A stretch of 64,000 bases of DNA, from positions 62,001 through 126,000 of the forward strand of contig JAAOMT010000309.1 in assembly GCA_016748015.1 (NCBI GenBank), read 5' to 3'. Position 1 is the stretch's first letter. Each line of letters starts with the position of its first letter. Made by a program: the position numbers and the translations under genes. Below, piece by piece: positions 1 through 12,582 of the stretch. The DNA is from Geosiphon pyriformis uo1. Its lineage: Eukaryota > Fungi > Glomeromycota. The notes beneath the pieces were generated by a model. That model worked only from the letters and a program-made list of their open reading frames with translations, did not search any database and had not been told where the DNA came from.

Positions 1-1500
1 CTCTTTTAAGTTGAAAGTTTCTGATACAGACCACTTTGGTTTCATCTGTTCTAGTTTAAAAGATTCTTTTTTGCTGGTGATCTTAGTTTATACTGATGGT
101 TTTGTTAAAGACTTCGGTATTTCTGATGCTGTCAGAGGGACTACTGCCTATTTTTCTGATCTGGGTTTGCACATGGGTGTGGAAGTCCATGGTTTGCTAT
201 CATTTATCCTAGCTAAAATGCAGGCTGTTGCTCTGGCTCTTGAGTGCATTCCAGCCTCCTCGAATGTTACAGTTTTTTTTGACAATCAGGCTTTCTTGGA
301 TGCTTGTCAGACCAAGTTGAGGTTGATAGCCCCAGATTTTTACAACAGATGCTGAATAGAACACTGTCATATTAGCAATTTGGTCAAATATAAAAACATT
401 TCTGTCATCTGGACAAAGGTAAAGAGTCACTTTGGTGTGTTGGGCAATAAGTGTGCTGATAGGTTGGCTAATCTAGTCACATTGTCAAGACTTGTTTTTT
501 CAGCCAATGTCAAAAAAAAATTCTTAATGGCAGATGGTAAGGTGATTTCTGGCAATGCATGCCACTTTGTCAGAACAACAAATAATACTGTTAGATGTTT
601 TCAGTAAGAATTTAGACCTGGTTCAAGCATTGTGAATCCTTTGTAGGTCAAGAACATAAATTGAGTTTGTACTGCCTTGGTCTGGCACCCTGATTCTCAC
701 ATGTCTGCAGGATATACAAGTAGAACCACCACTGGTTTACACACATATTTAATGAAAGCTTTACACAGGAGACTACCTATAGCTGTCAGAAAACACTTAT
801 ATGATCAAAGTTATCTTAGTGTATTATGCATACATTGTAGGGAGGTGGATTTTTCAGATCATAGTTTTGTTTGTCACTTGGATTTTTTGATGCATCAGAG
901 TTTGATAAGTGAGCATTTCTCTCTTTGGAAATTTCTTACCAGGACAAACTTGTCATTATCTGTGATTCTGCAGTCTCTGGCTTCTTCTGTGTCTGATGTT
1001 GGTCTCTACACTGTTTTGTGCAAAAGTTTCGTGTTTGAAGATTGGCTGGTAGATGCTAAAGCATCTTTTGTAGATATTAAGCTTGCAATGTCTAATCTAG
1101 TCAAGTTTGTTTGGAGTTTGGTTGTTGGCCATAGGGAGTGAATTTGGGTGTTTAATTCAAAACTTCAAGCTAAGATAGAGTGTCATGGATTGTTATATGC
1201 AAATGGGTTTTTATATAATATCATTTGGAGTATTTTTACTAAGATTTCAAGTAGTATTGCTCACTTACTAAGAATTGAGAGAGGTCACATGACCAACTTT
1301 GGCCTAAGTACTGGCCATTTGTTTTTTGCTGGTACTATCAGTGAAGTTACAGTGAATATAGTTGCATAGTGTAGTCTTGATTGGCTGAGTGGCTAGTCAC
1401 ATATAGCAAAAGCATGAATCACATTTAATTTAGAACTTTAGATAGTTGTATTATATTAGATAGTGATTGGGCTTCACTCATTAAATTAATAAAAAAAAAA
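1..1500 (+). mobile_element. 3' part of a decayed RNase-H-containing LINE (family B, second copy): RNase H, C-terminal CCHC finger, 3' UTR, poly(A)
   Basis: RNase H motifs VYTDG..., KMQAVALAL, FFDNQA, KVKSHFGVLGNKCAD; C-terminal CIHC..DHSFVC; ORF2 stop at 1367-1369; A-tail 1491-1500; collinear with 21712-23210. Confidence 0.92.
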
Positions 1501-1736
1501 TTAAAAAAATTATTATGTTGTTAAACTTTGTAAATTCTAATTTGCTTTGAATTATTATATTAAGTTTCCTGTTTTTATATATATAAATAATTTTATTGTT
1601 AATAAAAATTATATTTTTTAAATATTCTAAAACACTTTTTTGGAAAAATTGTTTAAATTATTTAATTATTAATAATATTTTAAGTTTAAATCCAATTATT
1701 GTTAAGTTTTAAGTAGATATAATTATAGAAAAAAAA

Positions 1737-1870
1737 TTTTTTTTATTTGTATTTACAAGTGAAATTCAATTATTATTTAATATAATACAATTATCTAAAA
1801 TTCTAAATTAAATATAATTTATATACTTGCTATATGTGACCAATTATTCAGCCAATTAAAACTATACTAT
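1737..1870 (-). mobile_element. AT-decayed LINE 3' UTR and poly(A) on the minus strand; tail of the host LINE whose body lies at 41256-43770
   Basis: Reverse complement aligns to the LINE 3' UTR at 1366-1500 (attggctga...gtcacatatagcaa...ttcact); T-run 1737-1744. Confidence 0.8.
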
Positions 1871-1891
1871 TGTTATGAATTGAAGTAACAA
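1871..1891 (-). mobile_element. Terminus of a family Y LTR (3' LTR of a minus-strand element), cut by a gap
   Basis: tgttatgaattgaagtaaca matches the LTR end at 30541 (tgttatggattggagtaaca); preceded by CTAT, the same 4-mer that follows the Y LTR end at 25045-25048. Confidence 0.75.
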
Positions 1892-1911
1892 NNNNNNNNN
1901 NNNNNNNNNNN

Positions 1912-3484
1912 TATTTTCTTAGAGAGTTCCTCCCCTAATCACGTTACTCTTTTCTCTAATGTTTCTGTCTTATTTTCCTCCATTACCATGTTAACCATTT
2001 GACTATGATTAGCTTCTTTCTCAGCCGATTCAAGGGCTCTGGCGAGCGTAACAGCTTCTGGTAAGGAATTAGGGTGGGCAGGGCGTACTCTTCCTAAAAT
2101 GCTGCTTTTTAATCCTCTAATAAACTGATTTAAAACCTGAGGATCAGTGTAGTATCCTTGTTCAATTGTTTCAATCTGACGGCGAATTCGATTGAATCGA
2201 GCAAGGTATTGGGTAACAGTTTCACCAGTATTTTGCTTGATAGTATTGAATTTGTTCTGTAGTTGGATTACGGCATTTGGGTCGCTAAAATACTCCAGGA
2301 GTGCATTTTTAAATTCGGTGAAGCTCGTGGGTTTTGTTTCTAAGCTTTGATACCACGAGTTGGCTGTGCCTTTCAGGAAGAAAGGTAATATTTGAATTGC
2401 TCTTTGGTCATTCCAGTTATTTGCCTGGATGGCTTTTTGTGCTTCTCTGAGCCATGTGTGCACGTCCGTTTCTTCTTCCTCTCCTGAGAAATCTGTTAGT
2501 CTTGCAATGTATGGTGTGGTCATTTCGTTGCCATTTTCTGCTGGTGGGTTTATTGGTCTAAGAGGAAGTGGGATGATATTTCCTTGAGCATTCCTAAAGG
2601 TGGCTTCCCTTATATCCGGTTCTTCCTCTTAATCACGAGTTTCTTGGTTTCTGGACTGGCTGCTTGTTCCAGTGACTGGTCTTGTGATTGTTTTTTCGCT
2701 GGTCTCTTTTTCGGATTCTGATTCAGACTCCTCTTCACAGTTTTCAAACCCCGTTCTAAATTTTGGCTGAAAAAGAGGGTTTTGGAATAGTGATGAATAT
2801 CCTCCTGTAATTGGTATGTCTCCCCAGTTACGTTGTTTAATTTTATCAATATAACTAGGAGTTCTTGGCGTTTGTGGAGTTGATGTTGATGATGATGCAG
2901 CTCCTAATGGAATTTGTATCTTATTTTCTGGTGAAAAATGGTATGATTTATCTTCTGGTGAATAAATACATTGTTTCTTTATTGATTGAGTGACAGTTTT
3001 CTTTGGCGTTTGAGCTGGTGTTTCTAGTTTTTGCTGGTTACTTTCCTGATTAGTTTCTAAATTTTTTTTGGTTTTGTTGGCGTGTTCCCTAGTGTTTTCT
3101 GTGGATATTAGAAAATTTTTGTTGGCGTATTGCTCAATTTTTCGATGGATTTTGACAATAGTTGTGGCTATTACTGCTACTTCTTTTGTAGTGTATTGTG
3201 ATAATTCTCTATACAATCCAAGTTTTGCATCGTGTGGTTCTTCTTCCTTTCCTATATGATAATTTATTCTGGCGTTGATATAATAAGTGAGGGCAGATTC
3301 TGCTGGACAACACTCTTCTGGTAATCCAAGATCACTTTGATTTTGTGTGTAAATAGCACAGCAGAATTCAAGAACAGTAAGATTAGGGGTTTTTGTCACC
3401 ACTTTTGTCTTTTCCTTTTTAGCAATGAATTATTGCTAATTATTATTTCCTTTTTGATTTTCTTTCCTCGTAGGGTTCACCAAA
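1912..3484 (-). pseudogene. gag: Family Z Ty3/Gypsy gag, N-terminal domain and capsid
   Basis: ORFs 2629-3402 and 1939-2523 are in one frame, separated by a TAA; capsid-like motifs FSGEEEETDVHTWL, LKGTANSWYQSL, IKQNTGETVTQY, QFIRGL. Confidence 0.88.
3466..3482 (-). promoter_or_regulatory. Primer-binding site of family Z (TGGTGAACCCTACGAGG)
   Basis: TGG-initiated 17-mer 2 nt inside the LTR end (...gaaaca tt TGG); complement reads like a tRNA 3' end, CCTCGTAGGGTTCACCA. Confidence 0.75.
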
Positions 3485-4178
3485 TGTTTCGGGATGGTTT
3501 TCTTGTTATATTTAATTGCTGATATCCCGCTTTAATTGCAATCAGTCTTTCATGAGTTCCTCAATTCTATTTGTGTGATAATGTTACTGTTACACTGAAG
3601 GCTTTCTTTTTACTGTTGCGATGTAAGTTATTCTTTAATTCTTGATTGTTGTGTGTGTTTATGTACTCCTTCTCAGAGGCTGAACTGAAATCTNNNNNNN
3701 NNNNNNNNNNNNNTTTATTTGAGATATGTAAAAAGTGATTTGTTCTAATTAAGATACCTAAAGTAAGATACTATGGTAAGATATCAGAAGATACATTTTC
3801 TTGAAGAGAGAAGCTCTTCTTTTATACAACTTGTTGTAGTACTAGTCTTTGAACTTGCACTTTTTCTCTTTTCTAGAATTTTGGTGAACTAAAGATACAT
3901 TTTGGCGAACTACAAGTTATTTTGCTGAACTATGAATTATTTCGGCCAATTTCCATTAATTTCGGCGAATTTTTGCTATGTTATATGGTTCAGGGTATTG
4001 TGTAAATTGATCATCTCAATTTCTATGGTCCAAATCGGGTTATTGATTAAATGATGATAATTGCTAATTTGATTAACTAATAAGTGAAATTCGAAACGAT
4101 AATAATATATGCTAATTAATGATAGGAATTATAAAGAAAATTTCATGCTAATTAATAGCTAAAATTCTACTGGTAACA
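3485..4178 (-). mobile_element. 5' LTR of family Z (interrupted by gap 3694-3713), inserted into a family Y pol
   Basis: TGTT...AACA termini; adjacent PBS; from 4179 the sequence switches to Y pol (matches 46189 onward). Confidence 0.7.
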
Positions 4179-4481
4179 GCATACTTCCAAAAAATGAGAG
4201 TGCAAACCAATCAAAAAAAAACCCTTTTTATGCTTTTAACCTAATTAATGATAACTATGACATAAAGAAATTAGCAATCAATATCTTTGAATCAATCAGA
4301 AAAAAGAAAAAAGCCAAAGTTGATTTTATTTTAGACCTTAACAAAGCCTTAACTTCTACTGCTAATAACCATGAGCCACCAAAGACCAAAGTTTTTAAAA
4401 ATTCTCCAAAGTTAGAACCCCCAGAAATAGTACAAAAATCTGGTCCTTATTCTGTTGTCAAAGATCTTATAGAAACACCTA
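4179..4481 (+). pseudogene. pol: Family Y pol N-terminal fragment (second copy)
   Basis: Collinear with 46189-46491 (...PPEIVQKSGPYSVVKDL). Confidence 0.85.
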
Positions 4482-4501
4482 NNNNNNNNNNNNNNNNNNN
4501 N

Positions 4502-7200
4502 ATGGTAGGAGTGTGATGGACTGCTCATTTTTAATTACTTCGCCTTTTTCCTCTATTGTTTCAGCGAAATTCGCTTCAATTCCTTTTCCTGTTGATCTGA
4601 AACCAAAAGTTCCTCTCGTTGTTTGTGACAATTCCTCACAATTTTCCACTGGCACAAATTTCCCAATTTTTACCAATGGTAGGAAAATTGCTTGTGCAAT
4701 CTTTTCCTTAGATTCAATGGTATAAGGCTTTTCTGAATTGTTCTGTAGCAAAACCATCAAATTTCCAGTGTATCCGGAGTCAATTACTCCTCCTTGAACG
4801 CTTATTCCTTTTTTCACGAGGCTTGATCGCGACGCCATTTGAACCATTATTCCTGGCGGAATTTCAACCACTATTTTTAGGTCGATTTTAGTGATGCTCC
4901 TAGGTGGTAACGTTGTGGATTGGTCTTCCGGATAATGCAGATCGAATCCGGCGTCGGTTGGATGGGCTCTTTCAGGTATTATTTCTAAGTGCCCATTGTC
5001 GAAGTATCAGATGTCGGTCACCTGTTTTAGGTCAGTATAGGCTACAAATTTTTCTGACTCGGGACCGTCAGGTGAGTCTTGTTGATTTATTGATTGATTT
5101 TGAGACTGCTGATTCTCAATTTCCATTTTTCTTTCTAAGTCCCTTTCGTCTTGACACTCTTCACAGCACTGACTTTGGCATGGGATGAGACAGTTTTCGC
5201 AGAGGTAAGTGTTGATTTGGGTGAGATATTGTTCTTGCTCTTGTCGAGTGGAGCATAGTTGTTGGTAGTAATCCTGGAATTCGTCCACTGGGTCGAACAT
5301 GTTGTAGCTGGCGACTTCGTCGGCTACTTCGGCTGACTCTTTCCAACGTCGTATTTCTTTGGCGGTTCCTCCTCTTACTTTGGCTTGTGCAGTGTTGTAC
5401 AACTCGTCCTCATCGTGTGGGTAGTGCTGTAGTCTTTTTAATGCTCTGTTGAACGCTGCTTCGAATGGTGTTCCTTCTCTTACCCAGTCACAGATGAGGA
5501 TCGTGTATTGGCAAGTTGCGTCACATGTTCCTCCTCTGCCTGGTAAGTCGTTCCAGTCGCACCCTCTTGGTAATGGTTTTCCACAAGCGAGGCACGGTTC
5601 CTCGTCCCATTTTCCATGTCTTTCTGGGTAACCGTATTTTTCTTTGTTACAACGGTTACAATAGTAGTGGGTGGGGTTTCTTGGGTCTTCGTCTGGTGCA
5701 CTGCATGCAGTCATAGACGAGAGTTTCTTCTTGCAAACTGAGCATTCTAGCTTTGGTTTGCGTCGCTGGTGGTTTCTTTGTGAACTTATCTGGTTCCATT
5801 CGGATCTTTCTTTGCTGGTCCATGTTGGTACGGCTGGTAGTCCTGTTCTTTGGTCATCAGCCCAAGAGAGCTGATAGGTTTCGATGGCTGGTAGTGCTGG
5901 ATTTTCCTCAAATTCAAAGGTAGGTCTTTGGTTGGCGCTGGGTTTTTGGAAGTGGCCACAAGTGGCTGGAATTTTGGCCTGGTGGCCATTATAATTGATT
6001 AGAAGCTCTTGGGTGGTCCAGTCTAGGGTGGCGTTGGCTTTTGTTAGCCAGTTATTCCCTACTAATGCTTGATATTGTGTAGCGTTCATTACTAATACTT
6101 TTGTAGGTATTACTATGCCATTAATTTCGAAAGGGAATGAGTCGATTTCGTCATAAGGCAGCTTTGTACTTCCATCGGCTGTTATGATTTGGGATGTTAT
6201 GGCACGATCAACTTTGAAACCCAGTTGGTTTACTAGTTGAAGCGTTATGATGCTTCCAGCGGATCCGCTGTTTAAGATAAGTTTGATTGGGGTATTGTTT
6301 ACAGTGGCTTCCGTATACATAGCAGTAATTGGGTGTTTTTCGTCCAATGCTGCTCCACTGAACATAGCCTCGTTTTCCTCTAATTCAAAAGGAAAAATAG
6401 CTGCGAGACTGCTATCTTTGGTGGCAACTGCTGGTGGTATTGTCTGGCTCAATTTGGAGGAATTCTTGATTTTGTTTATGTTTCTACCGTCATTGTTTCC
6501 AATGATCAGGTTTTCCAGTATATTAAGGTAAGTTTGTTGATAATTTTGGTAGTTTGGATTGGTTTGCTGATTGGTTCTGGCGCGGTTTGGATTCCTCTGG
6601 ACCAACGCGTTCTGGTTCCACATGGGCTGATTTCGGGCCTCGGAACGCCAATTCGGGTTGGCTATCATGGGCTGTTGCTGGTAAGCTCCTTAATTTTGAT
6701 ATGTGGTGAGATATTGGCATGGTATTGGCGTGTACTGGTTTCTGAGCATTTGGGGTGGCGCATAGTAATTATTTTCGCGTGCTTCCTGCATCATTCGCAT
6801 TCGACATTGACTAATCAAATGTCCTACGCATTTGCAAAAATGGCAGGCGCGTGTTTCTGTTCTGAATTCCTGGCGCGACAAGCAATTATTTCGACTGTCA
6901 CTGACTTCTTGGCTGCATCTTTGGGGTGGTTGATATGTATTTTTTCTCGGATCCGGGATGAGGTAACTTTCTATTTTCTTAGAGAGTTCCTCCCCTAATC
7001 ACGTTACTCTTTTCTCTAATGTTTCTGTCTTATTTTCCTCCATTACCATGTTAACCATTTGACTATGATTAGCTTCTTTCTCAGCCGATTCAAGGGCTCT
7101 GGCGAGCGTAACAGCTTCTGGTAAGGAATTAGGGTGGGCAGGGCGTACTCTTCCTAAAATGCTGCTTTTTAATCCTCTAATAAACTGATTTAAAACCTGA
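4502..7200 (-). pseudogene. Family Z gag-pol: gag C-terminus, zinc knuckle, aspartic protease, Cys-rich domain, dUTPase
   Basis: ORFs ending at 6999, 6690 and 5007 and ORF 4479-4871 share one frame; CHFCKCVGHLISQC knuckle; LILNSGSAGS (DSG site mutated) and ALVGNNWL protease motifs. Confidence 0.9.
4585..4985 (-). pseudogene. dut: Trimeric-type dUTPase domain in family Z polyprotein
   Basis: All five motifs visible: DAGFDL, SRSSL, GVIDSGYTG, KIAQAI, RGTFGFRSTG. Confidence 0.92.
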
Positions 7201-7220
7201 NNNNNNNNNNNNNNNNNNNN

Positions 7221-10200
7221 AGCTTTTGAAATTCTGAAAAAAAAACTTGTTACTAAACCAATTCTCAAACAACTTGATTTGGACCAATCTTTCATTTTCT
7301 ATACTGATACATCTGGTTATGAACTTGGTGCTGTCTTCTTACAAAAAGATAAAAATGGCAGAAAACATGCTATAACATATCCCAGTAGATCTCTTATACC
7401 AGCAAAAAAGAACTATTTAGTAACTGAACAAGAATATTTAGCAGTAGTTTGGACTATTAGTTACTGGGATCAATATCTTCTTGGTGCAAAATTTTTAGTG
7501 GTAACAGATTATCAAGTTTTGGTTTGGCTGTACAATAAAAAAAAGCTGGAACACAAATGAATAACTTGCTGGATATTCCACTTGAATGAATTTGACTATG
7601 ATATTCAACACCACAAAAGAGCAAATCATCAAAATGTTGACACTCTTTTTAAACTTACTATTCAGTTATAGTACAACTTTTTAAACCAAATCAACTTAAT
7701 TATTAGTAACTTCTTCACAAACAAACATGATCATAGACTTAGACAACTATTTTGTCTTAATAGAATTTTTGGATAAAGGACAATATTCACCAGAATACAC
7801 TTGACAGCAAAAAGAACATTTGCACAAACAATCAAATTTTTATTTGATTTGCCAGAACCAGTTATATAAAAAAATAGAAAAGATTCTGACTGCCTTCAGA
7901 GAGTCATCAGATTTGAAAAAAAAGAAATTGTAATATACAACATGCACACTGACTCATTAGTTAGACACTTTGGAAAAACAAAAACAATTCAAAAAACTTT
8001 ATCTCATTATTATTGGCCTATCTTGGGAAAAGACATTGCTAAATACATCAAAACCTGTGACATCTGTCAAAAAAAAGGCAAACCCAATTGCAAAGAAAAT
8101 ATCCATCCAATCTCTGTTGATCAACCATTTGACAAAATTGGTAAATATGTTATTGGACCTTTAACAATAATTCTTAATGGCAACAAATACATTATTACAG
8201 CTATTAACTATCTTACAAAATGAGTAGAAGCAAAAGTCACTTCTGACCAAATAGCAGTCTCAATAGCCAATTTCATTTATGAAAATATTATTTGTCATCA
8301 TGGCTGTTCCAAAGAACTTTTATCTGATAGAGAAAGAGCTTTTCTTAGTACACTGGTTGAAGAACTTTGTAGAAAAATGAGAATACATTATAAACTTTTC
8401 TTCTTTTATTACCCTTAAACAAATGGTCTAATAGAACATTTTAATAGAACATTATGTAAAACCCTAGCCAAAACCAGTGAAAAAACAAACTTATAAGACA
8501 AAGTACTGCCTTCAGCTTTGTTTGCTTATAGAACTGTAAATCATGACATAACAAGTTATAAACCTTTTTATTTACTCTATAAACGCATGGTAACACTACC
8601 AATAAAAACTGACATTGAAACAATACTCTTTGAAAAGATCACAATAGGAAATTACAAAGACATTTTGCAAAGAAGACTTGGTACTATTCTTAACTTCTTA
8701 GTAGAAGCACAAATAATTGCTTTTGAAAAGATAAAACAGTTCCAAAAAAAGCTTAAGAAAAAGAAAACCTATAAAACACTTTTTTTAAGTGTTGGTAACT
8801 TGGTATTGAAATACTGTTTAAACAGAGACAATATCTATGGTGATAAATTCTCTAGCCAGTGGAAAGAACTCTTTATAGTCAACAAAGTTTTGAACAATAG
8901 TTTTTATATTCTTCAAGATCAATCTGGAACAATCTTCAATGATCATCTTGTTTATAGTACATGACTCAAAAAATATCATAAACGACCTGATTGGTTGCCT
9001 GTTGTAATAATACCGACTCAAATGATCAGCAAAAATCAAGTATAAATAAATACACCATTCCCAAAACAGAGGTATCTTTAATTAACATGAACAATTATTT
9101 TCTGAATTAAAACATTCAAAATGCTTTCTATACTTTCTATGAGTATTGAATCAAAAACTATCCAAATGCTATTCTGACTATTGGAAAACAGACCACTATA
9201 ACTGATAACAATAGAACACATACTGTTATTAGACCAAAGAAAACTACTACCAAAAGAGAAAAAATTGGTAGCAAAATGGATAAGTATCTGCTAGAAAGCA
9301 TAACAGTAGCAATACTTGTACTTTCTATTACAATTGGAAAAACGATTAAGAAAATCTTGCCCATAGACAAAAACTTGTCACATAGAAGACAACTAAAACT
9401 CTATGGTTGTCTTGGTAAAATCATAGAAAACATAAAGCTTATGAAGAAAACAACTTCTGAGATACAAGTAGAAATTTTGGGCATTATACAATTAGATGTT
9501 CCAAAAGTTTTGATCATTGCAAGAAAAGCCAAAATTTTTATACAAAGATTTGGTCTTTTAAATATAAAGCTTATTTCACCTTAAGTTCTATATACTATAT
9601 CTACAAAAGACTTTAACAGACTAATTAGTTTTGAATTAGATAAAACTCTTCAAATAGATTACCCTATAAATAACTTGATTTTACCAGAGCTCAATCTCTT
9701 TGAAGAAGATGATATTACAGTTAAAACTTATACTTTTTATTAATTATTACATGTATTAATTACTGATGTTATATAAATAAGCCATTCTATTTTTAGAAAA
9801 TAATTATTGACTTAATCAATAACCTGATTATTGACCTAATCATTAACCTGATCATTGACCTGATCAATGACCTGATTATTAATCTGATCATTGATCTATT
9901 CATTGACTTGATTATTGACCACTTTTAATAGCTATATAAAGTGATGAATCTCTTAGCTATAGAAAAGCATGAAAAAATCAAGGAAATAAAATAAATAAAA
10001 TAACACTTTTCATCTCAATCATTTTTTTATTGCTAATTTCTCTTTCCCTACCTTCAAGTATTCAAACATCTTGGGATAAAAGATCACTTGTTAGTATTTT
10101 TCTACCTTTTTCTTGAAACGTATAAGTGTAGTATTTGAAGATTATTGAATAATATATGACTAAAAAACACATTTGATACTTGATATTGAATTCTAAGAAC

Positions 10201-10452
10201 ACTAATATAAGGCATAGAATTATACCAAGCATGATTATTTGTTGACAGTATGGACTATTCCTTTACCTTTAGATTCTCAGTTTATCTTTTGAAAAGAATA
10301 GCAACTGAAATATTTTATGAGACTAATCTTGTACATTAAATTTATACTTATTTAATTCACTCTTTGAAGTTAAATTCTATTTGATTATTTCCATCACTCT
10401 ACAATCCTGTTCTCCCTTGCTATCCATTAGCTTATTACTCCAACTCATAACA
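7221..10452 (+). mobile_element. Family Y Ty3/Gypsy 3' half (second copy): RNase H, integrase, extra ORF (9087-9743), 3' LTR 9713-10452
   Basis: FYTDTSGYELGAV RNase H; HTDSLVRH...CDIC integrase HHCC; collinear with 48422-51653. Confidence 0.92.
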
Positions 10453-10760
10453 ATAATATGTTTTTAGCAAGATTATGTTAAGTATTAATTATAAAAAATT
10501 GTATAATATAATTAAAAATTTGCCAAATAGCAAAACTATTAAATTGTTTAATTAAAACTGTTAAAAAATTTTTTTATGATTTTGTTTAATTATTTTTTGG
10601 CTGTTTACAGCAAATTTAATATTTTTTAAGTAAAAAATTTTTTGGTTTTAAAAAATATTTTAACTTAATTTTTGATTTTTACAATTGGTTTAATAATAAT
10701 AAAACATTAAAAAATTTAAAAACTTTAATTGGTTTATAAGNNNNNNNNNNNNNNNNNNNN

Positions 10761-10960
10761 TTTAATATTTCAACCTGGTGCTTGCTGCTATCACCAGTTG
10801 GTGTTGGCTGCTATTGTGAACTGGTGCTTGCCACTATCGCGAGATGGTGTTTGCTATTATGTTAATCATTATCTTTCTAAGATTATTACTGTGCTATATT
10901 ATGATTGAATAGTTTGTATTATTTTTATGATTTTTTTTGCTAAATTCTTAAACTGTAACA
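10761..10960. mobile_element. Terminal stub of a fourth LTR family (W) with ~23-bp tandem repeats, inserted in family X RNase H
   Basis: Ends ...aactgtaaca; from 10961 sequence matches X at 34026; repeat unit ~ytggtgyttgcyrctatcrcsag x3-4. Confidence 0.6.
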
Positions 10961-11467
10961 ACATTAAATTTTTAACTTAAATATTCTTTCTATTTGGTAA
11001 CAGTCTAATAGATAGCTAAGTGTTCCAATGCTAGAGTTTTATAGTTTTTTTCAGCTGGACTTAAGCTTCTACTGGTGTAAACTACTAGATGTTCTCATCC
11101 ATCCAATTTCTTTTGAGATAATACTGCTTTCAATGCTTAACCAGATGCATCAGTTGTAATTATGAATGGCTTGCTATGATCTGGATAGATTAATACTGAA
11201 GCTTAGATAAGCTTTTTTCTTAATATATCAAAAGCTTTTTGCTAAGTTTTAATTTACTTGTATTTGGTGTTCTTTGTTTGGAGTTGGTGTAGTGATTGAG
11301 CTATTTTGGAAAAGTTTTTGATAAAGTGGCAGTAGTATCCAGCAAATTCCAAGAATGCTCTTAATTCTATAAGATTAGTTGGTATTGGAAAGTTCTTAAC
11401 AATCTCAATCTTGTCTGGATCTGTTTTAATTCTATCTTTGCTTACTACATGTCTCAAAAACTTGAGT
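10961..11467 (-). pseudogene. pol: Family X RT C-terminus/RNase H fragment (second copy)
   Basis: Collinear with 34026-34532; TDPDKIEIVKNFPIPTNL..LRAFL. Confidence 0.88.
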
Positions 11468-12101
11468 NNNNNNNNNNNNNNNNNNNNNNNNNNNNNNNNN
11501 NNNNNNNNNNNNNNNNNATAAGTTTTTTAATAACTGTATTTTTATTATAATACTCTTTTTTTTATTTGTTAAAAAATAAATATTTAATACATAAAATTTT
11601 TTAACAAGTATTTGCACTTTTTTTTTAATAATCTTGGAATTAATTCAAATTTTGTTCAAATTAATAATACAATAGAAAAAAAATGTTATTTTTTTTATGT
11701 TAAATTCAGAGATTTAAAAAAAAACTATTTACTTTATCAATATTAATTTATTTTGTTTTATAAATATTTTTTTTACTATTAATATTATAACTACTCTAAT
11801 TAATAAAAAATTGCTTATTTTATAATATTATTTGTTTTTATATTTATTAAAAACTTTTAAAAGTTTATTTAAAAACCAATTTTTTAAGAAAAAATTATTT
11901 TTTTTATAATTATTACTAATAAACCAAAAATAATTTTTTTTGTGTTATATTATTGCTAATAATAACTATCAATTTTTAAATAACCAAAAATATAACAAAA
12001 AAAACAAAAATTTTATTTTATTTATTAATTATTAATTATTAATTATTAATTTTTATTTTTAATAATTTGTTATAAGTATTTNNNNNNNNNNNNNNNNNNN
12101 N

Positions 12102-12532
12102 ATATTTTTTGCTTAGTAAGATTGTTTATTTTTTTATATTACACATAACAATTTTTCAGACTAATTTATTTATTTAAAAAATAATACAATAATCTTATTT
12201 TTAGAGAACAATTTATTAAGTCTTAATAAAATTATAACAACAAAGCCAGAAAGTATTAACATATTTGCTTTTAAGCTGCTTAATTTATAAATAATAGCAG
12301 CAAAAAAATATATATTAATAAGTAATACACTAATACTTTTTTTTAAAAAAACATTCAAATTTATATTAATATTAGCAACTAGTAACAAAACTTTTTATAG
12401 TTTTTATAACAAATTAATCAAGTCTAATCCAAGAATAATTAACTTTATTAAATACAAAATAATATAATAAATCTGTTTTAAAGTTTTTTTAAAGTCGAAA
12501 CAAACTGTTATATATTAAATTTTAAATAATAC
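12102..12532 (-). pseudogene. Extremely AT-decayed fragment, probably LINE ORF1 C-terminus
   Basis: Weak similarity of the 12170-12388 translation to ORF1 C-termini (...KLSSLKANM...ILLRLNKL). Confidence 0.35.
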
Positions 12533-12582
12533 NNNNNNNNNNNNNNNNNNNNNNNNNNNNNNNNNNNNNNNNNNNNNNNNNN

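Noticed and set aside
1501-1728. LINE 3' transduction explaining the shared downstream flank with 23211-23439
   Set aside because: LTR elements in the window also share flanks between copies, so a block duplication or second haplotype explains all cases at once
3879-3975. Periodic repeats (also 10775-10860 and 9805-9920) superficially like a CRISPR array
   Set aside because: Units are degenerate, 12-23 bp, lack unique spacers, lie inside LTRs, and there are no cas genes; the context is eukaryotic
4479-4871. Host dUTPase gene
   Set aside because: It is in frame with retrotransposon gag-protease and present at the same position in element X
6534-6998. Hydrophobic antisense ORFs (also 9158-9370, 32094-32761, 50359-50571) as env or membrane proteins
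   Set aside because: They are shadow frames of A/C-rich coding strands, with no independent motif support
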